Part shown: one piece after another, positions 40,859 to 48,663 of the stretch
Numbering within the stretch: the stretch's first letter is position 1
How the letters are laid out: the number at the start of each line of letters is the position of its first letter
Source of the DNA: a virus
Virus record (IMG/VR): IMGVR_UViG_3300035661_000009
Span: 32,001 to 96,000 of that record
Length of the DNA stretch: 64,000 nucleotides
Strand: one strand, 5' to 3'
Position numbers and translations under genes: made by a program
Notes under the pieces: generated by a model
Seen by the model: the letters and a program-made list of their open reading frames with translations, nothing else
The model's database searches: none
What the model was told of the DNA's origin: nothing

Positions 40859-41161
40859 ACACTTGTTACATAAGCCTACATAAGCCTTTACATAATTCCA
40901 CTAGGGAGAAAACACTAAATTGCATTTACAAATAGCTAAGTCTTTGATATCATTAGATGTGGGTAATTGACTACATCATAATTAGTACAGAAGTATGAAC
41001 ATTTTACACCTAGGAAATATGTCTTTAAAGCTTCTTGACAAATGTATAATCTTCTTACTTAGCTAAAGTATTGATTTTATTAGTTTGTATAGTTTGTATA
41101 GTTCGCAACTAGTTTGTATCTTTTGCTTACAAACAGTGCTTTATCCCTATACAAATAATTG

Positions 41162-41374
41162 TTACTTATTCTTACTCTTACTCTTATTCTTATTCTTACT
41201 TTTACTACTGTCATCAAACATTACAAATAGAACACCTATAACTAAACCTATAACTAGACCTATAAAACAACTAATAATAGATTTATTATATATACCACCT
41301 AATACTACACCTACCATTGAATACACAAGTATTGTAAATATATCTACCAAGCTATTCACCAAGCTATTCACCAA
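41162..41374 (-). CDS. Small two-TM membrane protein
   Basis: Two hydrophobic helices and a basic tail; on the locally coding strand. Confidence 0.45.
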   Translation of the reverse strand: MVNSLVNSLVDIFTILVYSMVGVVLGGIYNKSIISCFIGLVIGLVIGVLFVMFDDSSKSKNKNKSKSKNK

Positions 41375-41480
41375 CCTTTCGCACCTAATACCTAATCCTG
41401 TATACTACAAAAAAGCCCTAATATTATAGGGTTGCGTTCTCCTATACGACTAATCTTCTATCCTATTAGTAACCAATCTT

Positions 41481-41513
41481 CTACCTAGTAAGTCTGGTAA
41501 GTCTAGTTTTCAT
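41481..41513 (-). pseudogene. Truncated array copy (MKTRLTRLTR*)
   Basis: Leader start only, then TAG. Confidence 0.7.
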
Positions 41514-41549
41514 GGTATTGGTTAGTTATTTATTTAGCTATTTATTTAG

Positions 41550-41720
41550 TTAATTACTCTGACTACCACTATAACTATAACTAACACTACCACTATAACT
41601 AACACTACCACTAACACTACCACTATTACTACCACTACCACTAAGACTACTACGCCAAAGCTTTATATACCAAGGTATTGGAGGGTAATATCTAGTAAGT
41701 CTCATAATTCTAGTTTTCAT
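41550..41720 (-). CDS. (SX)n peptide, 56 aa (not in ORF track)
   Basis: MKTRIMRLTRYYPPIPWYIKLWRSSLSGSGSNS...SQSN. Confidence 0.75.
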   Translation of the reverse strand: MKTRIMRLTRYYPPIPWYIKLWRSSLSGSGSNSGSVSGSVSYSGSVSYSYSGSQSN

Positions 41721-41744
41721 GATATTGGTTAGTTATTTATTTAG

Positions 41745-41999
41745 CTAATTACTCTTACTACCACTACCACTATTACTAACACTATTACTACCACTATTAC
41801 TAAAACTAACACTATAACTACCGCTATAACTACCGCTAAAACCATAACTACGACTACCACTACTACTATAACTAACACTACCGCTACCACTACGACTATA
41901 ACTATTACTACTACGCCAATGCTTCAAATACCAAGGTATTGAAGGATATGGTCTAGTAAGCCTAGTAAGTCTGGTATGTCTAGTTTTCATGGTTTTCAT
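41745..41999 (-). CDS. (SX)n peptide
   Basis: Conserved leader + SX core. Confidence 0.75.
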   Translation of the reverse strand: MKTMKTRHTRLTRLTRPYPSIPWYLKHWRSSNSYSRSGSGSVSYSSSGSRSYGFSGSYSGSYSVSFSNSGSNSVSNSGSGSKSN

Positions 42000-42018
42000 G
42001 GTATTGGATAGTTATTAG

Positions 42019-42258
42019 TTATTTACTCTGACTACCACTACCACTAAGACTATCACTACCACTACCACTAAGATTACCACTACCACTAACACTATAACTA
42101 CCGCTAAAACCATAACTAAAACTACCACTATTACTATGACTACCACCAAAACTGCCACTACCACTAAGACTACCACTACTACGCCAATACTTTATATACC
42201 AAGGTATTGGAGGATAACGTCTAGTAAGCCTAGTAAGTCTGGTATGTCTAGTTTTCAT
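42019..42258 (-). CDS. (SX)n peptide
   Basis: Conserved leader + SX core. Confidence 0.75.
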   Translation of the reverse strand: MKTRHTRLTRLTRRYPPIPWYIKYWRSSGSLSGSGSFGGSHSNSGSFSYGFSGSYSVSGSGNLSGSGSDSLSGSGSQSK

Positions 42259-42278
42259 GGTTTTAATTAGTTATTTAG

Positions 42279-42497
42279 CTATTTACTCTGACTACCACTA
42301 CCACTATTACTAACGCTACCACTATTACTAACGCTACCACTACTACCACTATAACTACGACTACCACTATAACTATTACTATAACTATAATTACCACTAA
42401 CACTATAACTAACACTATTACGCCAATGCTTCAAATACCAAGGTATCGAAGGATGACATCTGGTAAGTCTAGTATATCTGGTAAGTCTAGTTTTCAT
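42279..42497 (-). CDS. (SX)n peptide
   Basis: Conserved leader + SX core. Confidence 0.75.
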   Translation of the reverse strand: MKTRLTRYTRLTRCHPSIPWYLKHWRNSVSYSVSGNYSYSNSYSGSRSYSGSSGSVSNSGSVSNSGSGSQSK

Positions 42498-42528
42498 GGT
42501 ATTGGTTAGTTATTGGTTAGTTATTTAG

Positions 42529-42816
42529 CTATTTACTCTGACTACCGCTATAACTATTACTACCACTAAAACTATTACTACCACTAAAACTATAACTACC
42601 ACTACCACTAAGACTACCACTAAGACTACCACTCTGATTACCACTCTGATTACCACTACTACTATAACTAACACTACCACTAACACTACCACTATTACTA
42701 CCACTACCACTACTACTACCATGCCAAAACTTCATATACCAAGGTATTGGAGGATAATTTCTAACTACTCTGGTAATTCTAGTAAGCCTAGTATATCTGG
42801 TAAGTCTGGTTTTCAT
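42529..42816 (-). CDS. (SX)n peptide
   Basis: Conserved leader + SX core. Confidence 0.75.
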   Translation of the reverse strand: MKTRLTRYTRLTRITRVVRNYPPIPWYMKFWHGSSSGSGSNSGSVSGSVSYSSSGNQSGNQSGSLSGSLSGSGSYSFSGSNSFSGSNSYSGSQSK

Positions 42817-42836
42817 GGTATTGGTTAGTTATTTAG

Positions 42837-43130
42837 CTATTTACTCTGACTACCACTATAACTACGACTACCGCTATCACTAAGACTACCACTATAACTA
42901 CCACTATAACTACGACTACCACTAAACCTATCACTACCACTACGACTACCACCAAGACTATAACTATAATTACCACTAAGACTATAACTATAATTACCGC
43001 TAACACTATAACCACCACTACCACTACCACTATAACTACTAGTACGCCAAAACTTCAAATACCAAGGTATTGGAGGATGATTTCTAACTACTCTAGTAAG
43101 TCTAGTAAGTCTGGTATGTCTAGTTTTCAT
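42837..43130 (-). CDS. (SX)n peptide
   Basis: Conserved leader + SX core. Confidence 0.75.
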   Translation of the reverse strand: MKTRHTRLTRLTRVVRNHPPIPWYLKFWRTSSYSGSGSGGYSVSGNYSYSLSGNYSYSLGGSRSGSDRFSGSRSYSGSYSGSLSDSGSRSYSGSQSK

Positions 43131-43153
43131 GGTTTTAATTAGTTATTAGATAG

Positions 43154-43408
43154 TTATTTACTACTACCACTACCACTACGACTATAACTATCACGACCAC
43201 TACCACTATAACTAACATTATAGCTATCACTACCACTATAACCACCACCACTATCACTATCACTATAACTATCACGACCACTACCACTACCACTAACACT
43301 AGAATTACCACTACCACTATAACTACTACTACGCCAAAGCTTCAAATACCAAGGTATCGAAGGGTAATATCTAACTACTCTAGTAAGTCTAGTTTTCATG
43401 GTTTTCAT
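43154..43408 (-). CDS. (SX)n peptide
   Basis: Conserved leader + SX core. Confidence 0.75.
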   Translation of the reverse strand: MKTMKTRLTRVVRYYPSIPWYLKLWRSSSYSGSGNSSVSGSGSGRDSYSDSDSGGGYSGSDSYNVSYSGSGRDSYSRSGSGSSK

Positions 43409-43432
43409 GGTATTGGTTAGTTATTTATTTAG

Positions 43433-43470
43433 CTAATTACTCTGACTACCACTACCACCAAAACCACTTA
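43433..43470 (-). pseudogene. 3' remnant of an array copy (SGFGGSGSQSN*) lacking the leader
   Basis: Tail sequence only, fused to unrelated DNA downstream of an internal promoter. Confidence 0.55.
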
Positions 43471-43570
43471 TTTTGTTCCCAATGTTTCTTGATTGGTTTC
43501 GGTTTCCATAAAATGGCCATTATAAAGGCCACAATTGGCTTATGAGAGCCATTGACCCCGACCGCTCCCC

Positions 43571-43600
43571 ACCCTAGCACACTGGCGCGCGTGCCGTCAA
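43571..43600 (-). promoter_or_regulatory. Promoter TTGACG-N18-TAGGGT inside the array
   Basis: Member of the repeated promoter family. Confidence 0.7.
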
Positions 43601-43708
43601 GGGGTTAGAGAGCCTGCTAGGATTAAATTTATTGAGGTAAGGGCTTGACAAGTTATCGATTAAATGAAATAACCCACGCCCCTCACAGACATATTTTTAC
43701 ATTTCGTA

Positions 43709-43975
43709 TTAGCTACCAGCACCAAAACTAGTACCAAAACTACCACTACCCCTACGACTAGCACCAAAACTACCACTACCACTAAAACTAGCACCAAAAC
43801 TAGCACCAAAACTAGCACCAAAACTATAACTACCACTAAGACTACCAGTAAGACTACCACTACCACTATAACTAATACTACCATTACCACCGATACCACT
43901 ACCACTAAGACTACGCCAATAGCTTAAATGTCTAGGTATTGGAGGATACGGTCTAACTACTCTATTGATTTTCAT
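43709..43975 (-). CDS. Divergent (SX)n peptide with SFGA repeats
   Basis: Leader MKINRVVRPYPPIPRHLSYWRS. Confidence 0.7.
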   Translation of the reverse strand: MKINRVVRPYPPIPRHLSYWRSLSGSGIGGNGSISYSGSGSLTGSLSGSYSFGASFGASFGASFSGSGSFGASRRGSGSFGTSFGAGS

Positions 43976-44002
43976 GGTATTAATTAGTTATTAGTTATTT
44001 AG

Positions 44003-44245
44003 CTAATTACTCTTACTACCACTATAACTACGACTATTACTATTACTACGACTACCACTATAACTACGACTACCACTATTACTATTACTAAGACTACCAC
44101 TATAACTACGACTACCACTATAACTAAGACTAACACTATAACTAAGACTACCACTACTACTATAACTAGGCCAATAGCTTAAATACCAAGGTATTGAAGG
44201 ATACTGTCTGGTAAGTCTGGTAAATCTAGTAAGTCTAGTTTTCAT
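44003..44245 (-). CDS. (SX)n peptide
   Basis: Start reset to the conserved MKTR ATG at 44245. Confidence 0.75.
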   Translation of the reverse strand: MKTRLTRFTRLTRQYPSIPWYLSYWPSYSSSGSLSYSVSLSYSGSRSYSGSLSNSNSGSRSYSGSRSNSNSRSYSGSKSN

Positions 44246-44298
44246 GATATTGGTTAATGCTATTTTCGCTATTATTTGTGATCTTAACAACTAATAAC

Positions 44299-44550
44299 CT
44301 AATTATCACCATAACTATAACTACCACTATAACTAAGACTAACACTAAGACTAACACTAAGACTACCACTAACACTACCACTATAATTACCACTAAGACT
44401 ATAATTACCACTAAGACTATCACCAAAACTACCACTAAAACTATCACCAAAACTACCGCTACCACTACCACTATTACTACCACTATAACTACGCAAATAT
44501 CTTTTGGACCAAGGTCTTGGAGGATGATTTCTGGTAAGTCTAGTTTTCAT
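44299..44550 (-). CDS. (SX)n peptide
   Basis: Leader variant PWSKRYLRS + SX core. Confidence 0.75.
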   Translation of the reverse strand: MKTRLTRNHPPRPWSKRYLRSYSGSNSGSGSGSFGDSFSGSFGDSLSGNYSLSGNYSGSVSGSLSVSLSVSLSYSGSYSYGDN

Positions 44551-44565
44551 GATATTAATTAGTTA

Positions 44566-44826
44566 TTAGTATTTACCCTGACTACCACTATAACTACGAC
44601 TATAACTACCACTACTACTAAAACTACCGCTACTACTAAAACTACCACTATGACTACCACTATAACTACGACTAAAACTACCGCTATCACTAAGACTACC
44701 ACTACGACTATAACTAAGACTACCACTACTACTATAACTACGCCAATAGCTTAAATACCAAGGTATTGAAGGATAATTCCTTGTAAGTCTAGTAAGTCTA
44801 GTATATCTGGTAAGTCTAGTTTTCAT
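44566..44826 (-). CDS. (SX)n peptide
   Basis: Conserved leader + SX core. Confidence 0.75.
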   Translation of the reverse strand: MKTRLTRYTRLTRLTRNYPSIPWYLSYWRSYSSSGSLSYSRSGSLSDSGSFSRSYSGSHSGSFSSSGSFSSSGSYSRSYSGSQGKY

Positions 44827-44858
44827 GGTATTGGTTAGTTATTTATTTAGTTATTTAG

Positions 44859-45095
44859 CTAATTACCCTTACTACCGCTACCGCTACCACTATAACTATA
44901 GCTACCACTAACACTACCGCTACGACTACCGCTAAGACTATAACTAAAACTATAACTACCACTAACACTATAACTACCACTATAACTACTACTATAACTA
45001 CTACTATAACTACTACCATGCCAAAACTTTTTATACCAAGGTATCGAAGGATGATTTCTAACTACTCTGGTAAGTCTAGTTTTCATGGTTTTCAT
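44859..45095 (-). CDS. (SX)n peptide
   Basis: Conserved leader + SX core. Confidence 0.75.
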   Translation of the reverse strand: MKTMKTRLTRVVRNHPSIPWYKKFWHGSSYSSSYSSSYSGSYSVSGSYSFSYSLSGSRSGSVSGSYSYSGSGSGSKGN

Positions 45096-45114
45096 GATAT
45101 TGGTTAGTTATTAG

Positions 45115-45372
45115 TTAATTACCCTGACTACCACTAAGACTATAACCAGTACTACGACTAACACTATAACTAAGACTACTACTAAGACTAGTACTAAGAC
45201 TACCACTATCACTAACACTACCGCTATAACTAACACTAAAACTATCACTACCACTAAAACTATAATTACCACTATAATTATAACTAAGACTACGACTATA
45301 ACTACGCCAATAGCTTAAATACCAAGGTATCGAAGGATAATGTCTGGTAAGTCTAGTGAGTCTAGTTTTCAT
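45115..45372 (-). CDS. (SX)n peptide
   Basis: Conserved leader + SX core. Confidence 0.75.
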   Translation of the reverse strand: MKTRLTRLTRHYPSIPWYLSYWRSYSRSLSYNYSGNYSFSGSDSFSVSYSGSVSDSGSLSTSLSSSLSYSVSRSTGYSLSGSQGN

Positions 45373-45387
45373 GATATTAATTAGTTA

Positions 45388-45654
45388 TTAGTATTTACCC
45401 TGACTACCACTATTACTAAAACTACCACTATTACTAAAACTACCACTATTACTAAAACTACCACTATAACTAACACTACCGCTATGACTACCACTATAAC
45501 TAAGACTAACACTAAGACTACCACTAAGACTACCGCTACCACTATAACTAACACTATAATTATCACTATTACTACTACGCCAAAACTTTATATACCAAGG
45601 TCTTGAAGGATATGGTCTAACTACTCTAGTGAGTCTAGTAAATCTAGTTTTCAT
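45388..45654 (-). CDS. (SX)n peptide
   Basis: Conserved leader + SX core. Confidence 0.75.
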   Translation of the reverse strand: MKTRFTRLTRVVRPYPSRPWYIKFWRSSNSDNYSVSYSGSGSLSGSLSVSLSYSGSHSGSVSYSGSFSNSGSFSNSGSFSNSGSQGKY

Positions 45655-45698
45655 GGTATTGGATAGTTATTTATTTAGTTATTTATTTAGTTATTTAG

Positions 45699-45980
45699 TT
45701 ATTTACTCTGACTACCACTAAAACTAAGACTAAAACTAAGACTATCACTAACACTACCGCTACCACTATTATTACGACTACCACTATTACTACCACTATT
45801 ACTACCACTATTACTACCACTATAACTAAGACTACCGCTATAACTACGATTATAACTACCACTACCACTAACACTAAACCTATAACTAAGACTACTACTA
45901 AGACTACTAGTATGCCAAAACTTCAAATACCAAGGTATTGGAGGATGATGTCTGGTAAGTCTCATAATTCTGGTTTTCAT
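45699..45980 (-). CDS. (SX)n peptide
   Basis: Conserved leader + SX core. Confidence 0.75.
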   Translation of the reverse strand: MKTRIMRLTRHHPPIPWYLKFWHTSSLSSSLSYRFSVSGSGSYNRSYSGSLSYSGSNSGSNSGSNSGSRNNSGSGSVSDSLSFSLSFSGSQSK

Positions 45981-46012
45981 GGTATTGGATAGTTATTTAT
46001 TTAGCTAATTAG

Positions 46013-46231
46013 CTAATTACCCTTACTACCACTATAACTAAAACTATAATTACCAGTACCACTATAACTATAACTACCACTAACACTATGACCACCACCA
46101 CTATAACTAACACTATTACTAACACTATTACTAACACTATAACTACCGCTACCACTATAACTACTACTACGCCAAAGCTTTATATACCAAGGTATCGAAG
46201 GATAATGTCTAACAATTCTATTGGGTTTCAT
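46013..46231 (-). CDS. (SX)n peptide
   Basis: Start reset to the MKPNR ATG at 46231. Confidence 0.75.
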   Translation of the reverse strand: MKPNRIVRHYPSIPWYIKLWRSSSYSGSGSYSVSNSVSNSVSYSGGGHSVSGSYSYSGTGNYSFSYSGSKGN

Positions 46232-46284
46232 TGTATTGGTTAATGCTATTTTCGCTATTATTTGCGATCTTAACAACTAATAAC

Positions 46285-46563
46285 CTAATTATCGCCATAA
46301 CTACCACTACCGCTACCACTACCGCTAATACTAAGACTATAACTACCGCTACCACTAAAACTACCGCTACCACTAAAACTACCGCTACCACTATCGCTAT
46401 AACTATCACTAACACTACGACTATAACTACTACTACCACTATCACTACCACTATAACTACCACTACCACTACTACTAAAACTACCGCTACCACTACTACT
46501 ACGCCAAAACTTCATATACCAAGGTATTGGAGGATAATTTCTAACTACTCTATTGGTTTTCAT
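46285..46563 (-). CDS. (SX)n peptide
   Basis: Conserved leader + SX core. Confidence 0.75.
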   Translation of the reverse strand: MKTNRVVRNYPPIPWYMKFWRSSSGSGSFSSSGSGSYSGSDSGSSSYSRSVSDSYSDSGSGSFSGSGSFSGSGSYSLSISGSGSGSGSYGDN

Positions 46564-46575
46564 GGTATTGGTTAG

Positions 46576-46800
46576 TTATTTACTCTGACTACCACTACGA
46601 CTAACACTATAACTACGACTACCACTAACACTACCACTATCACTATAACTAAGACTATAACTAGCACTAACACTACCACTAACACTAGCACTACGACTAC
46701 GACTACCACTATCACTAAGACTACTACTATGCCAAAACTTTATGGGCCAAGGTATTGAAGGATATGGTCTAACTACTCTGGCAACTTTATTGGGTTTCAT
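46576..46800 (-). CDS. (SX)n peptide
   Basis: Leader variant MKPNKVARVVR + SX core. Confidence 0.75.
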   Translation of the reverse strand: MKPNKVARVVRPYPSIPWPIKFWHSSSLSDSGSRSRSASVSGSVSASYSLSYSDSGSVSGSRSYSVSRSGSQSK

Positions 46801-46850
46801 AGTTTCATAGTTTTATGTGTTTATGTGTTTTATGGATTTTGTAAACACAA

Positions 46851-46883
46851 ATAGCCACTACAACAATTAGCTGTAGTGGCTAT
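46851..46883 (-). terminator. Intrinsic terminator-like hairpin after the Sm-like gene
   Basis: ATAGCCACTACA/TGTAGTGGCTAT 12-bp stem followed on - by TTGTGTTT. Confidence 0.65.
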
Positions 46884-46932
46884 CAGCTTGCGACTTAATG
46901 CTTGTTACTTAATGCTTGTTACTTATTACTTA

Positions 46933-47214
46933 TTACTTCATTCGGTGAAGGACGGTGCCACCACGATCAATAATCATTTCTTCGGCGCCTTCATGCTTTT
47001 CCACGCGCTTGCCCTTGCCAGCGTAGAAATCCTTGTAATTGCCGGTTTCATAAACCGTGGCAGTATCCTTAAAAACGAAAACAGTTCCGGTCAGGGCAAC
47101 CAGCGTACCAATATACTGATACGTAGGAGTGCGGATATGATACTTCGCACCCTCAACAAAAATACCCATCTGGAGTTCACTATCAGCAACAACATCACGC
47201 ATTTCGTTGGACAT
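46933..47214 (-). CDS. Small beta protein, putative Sm/LSm-like fold
   Basis: GAKYHIRT-PTYQYIGTLVAL-TGTVFVFKDT (Sm1-like) and EMIIDRGGTV (Sm2-like); the only non-repeat gene identified in the array; higher GC3 than flanks. Confidence 0.6.
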   Translation of the reverse strand: MSNEMRDVVADSELQMGIFVEGAKYHIRTPTYQYIGTLVALTGTVFVFKDTATVYETGNYKDFYAGKGKRVEKHEGAEEMIIDRGGTVLHRMK

Positions 47215-47257
47215 ATTTTCTTTCGGGTTAAGAGTGAAGAATTAAAGAATTAAAGGG

Positions 47258-47470
47258 TTATTTACTCTGACTACCACTACGACTATAACTAGAACTACGA
47301 CTACCACTACCGCTACTACTACCACTAAACCTATCACTACCACTAAAACTAAGACTAAAACTACTACTACCACTATCACTAACACTAAGACTACCGCTAC
47401 GCCAAAACTTCAAATACCAAGGTATCGAAGGATGATTTCTAACTACTTTGGCAACTTTATTGGGTTTCAT
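47258..47470 (-). CDS. (SX)n peptide upstream of the Sm-like gene
   Basis: Leader MKPNKVAKVVRNHPSIPWYLKFWRS + SX core. Confidence 0.75.
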   Translation of the reverse strand: MKPNKVAKVVRNHPSIPWYLKFWRSGSLSVSDSGSSSFSLSFSGSDRFSGSSSGSGSRSSSYSRSGSQSK

Positions 47471-47595
47471 GGGCTAATTTGCCTAATTGATGATATAATT
47501 CAATGCCTGATTTACGCTCTTTTCAAGGTCAGAACCCATTGCTTTATTGCCTCGTTTGCGGACTACTTAGAGGGTTGGGGTGTGCGACCTGCCTC

Positions 47596-47624
47596 ACCCT
47601 ATCACGGGCGATCTGTAGCGTCAA
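47596..47624 (-). promoter_or_regulatory. Promoter TTGACG-N17-TAGGGT
   Basis: Repeated promoter family; points at the peptide + Sm-like pair. Confidence 0.75.
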
Positions 47625-47880
47625 GCGACCGTCAAGCGACCGTCAAGCGACCGACGACGGTCAAGCGGTTGCGGTTATATACAGCGACATTGGCCAATAA
47701 TTGTTACGTTTCCCATACCCATTTCATGGCAACGCTTATTACAAATATCCTGTGAAGCGGAATAATGATAAATGCTCCAAAGAAAGGCAGACGAGAACGA
47801 AACGAGCACGGTCAAACAAATAACACCAAAAATCTTCATATCAAGCCTTTTCAGTTAAATTAAAGAGTTAAATTAAAGAG

Positions 47881-48102
47881 TTAATCATCCTGACTACCAC
47901 TAAGACTATTACTACCACTAAAACTACCGCTATAACTATCACTATAACTAAGACTATCACTACCACTATCGCTAACACTAAGACTATCACTACCGCTATA
48001 ACTAAGACTATCACTACGACTACCACTATAACTACGCAAATATCTTTTGGACCAAGGTATTGAAGGATAATGTCTGGTAAGTCTGGTATGTCTAGTTTTC
48101 AT
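47881..48102 (-). CDS. (SX)n peptide (SD-rich)
   Basis: Leader variant PWSKRYLRS + SX core. Confidence 0.75.
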   Translation of the reverse strand: MKTRHTRLTRHYPSIPWSKRYLRSYSGSRSDSLSYSGSDSLSVSDSGSDSLSYSDSYSGSFSGSNSLSGSQDD

Positions 48103-48123
48103 GATATTGGTTAGTTATTTACT

Positions 48124-48354
48124 CTAACTACTACGACTACCGCTACCACTAAAACCATAACTATAATTACCACTAAAACTATAATTACCGCTATCGCTAA
48201 CACTATCACTATCACTACCACTATAACTAAGACTAACACTATCACTACCACTATGACTAACAGTATAACTATCACTATCACTACTACGCCAATACTTTAT
48301 ATACCAAGGTCTTGGAGGATGATTTCTAGTAAGTCTAGTAAGTCTAGTTTTCAT
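48124..48354 (-). CDS. (SX)n peptide
   Basis: Conserved leader + SX core. Confidence 0.75.
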   Translation of the reverse strand: MKTRLTRLTRNHPPRPWYIKYWRSSDSDSYTVSHSGSDSVSLSYSGSDSDSVSDSGNYSFSGNYSYGFSGSGSRSS

Positions 48355-48387
48355 GGTATTGGATAGTTATTTAGTTATTTATTTACT

Positions 48388-48630
48388 CTAACTACTACGA
48401 CTACCACTACCACTATAATTACCACTATAATTACCACTATAATTACCACCAAAACTACCACTATCACTATCACTATCACTAACACTAAGACTACCGCTAT
48501 AACTACCACTATTACTAAAACTACCGCTACCGCTACAACTACTACGCCAATACTTCAAATACCAAGGTCTTGGAGGATGATTTCTAACTACTCTGGTAAG
48601 CCTGGTAAGTCTAGTAAGTCTAGTTTTCAT
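48388..48630 (-). CDS. (SX)n peptide
   Basis: Conserved leader + SX core. Confidence 0.75.
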   Translation of the reverse strand: MKTRLTRLTRLTRVVRNHPPRPWYLKYWRSSCSGSGSFSNSGSYSGSLSVSDSDSDSGSFGGNYSGNYSGNYSGSGSRSS

Positions 48631-48663
48631 GGTATTGGATAGTTATTTAGTTATTTATTTACT

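Noticed and set aside
41085-41429. 114-aa + strand ORF, and the 39105-39344 HP-repeat ORF
   Set aside because: Both are products of local tandem repeats in probable non-coding or antisense DNA.
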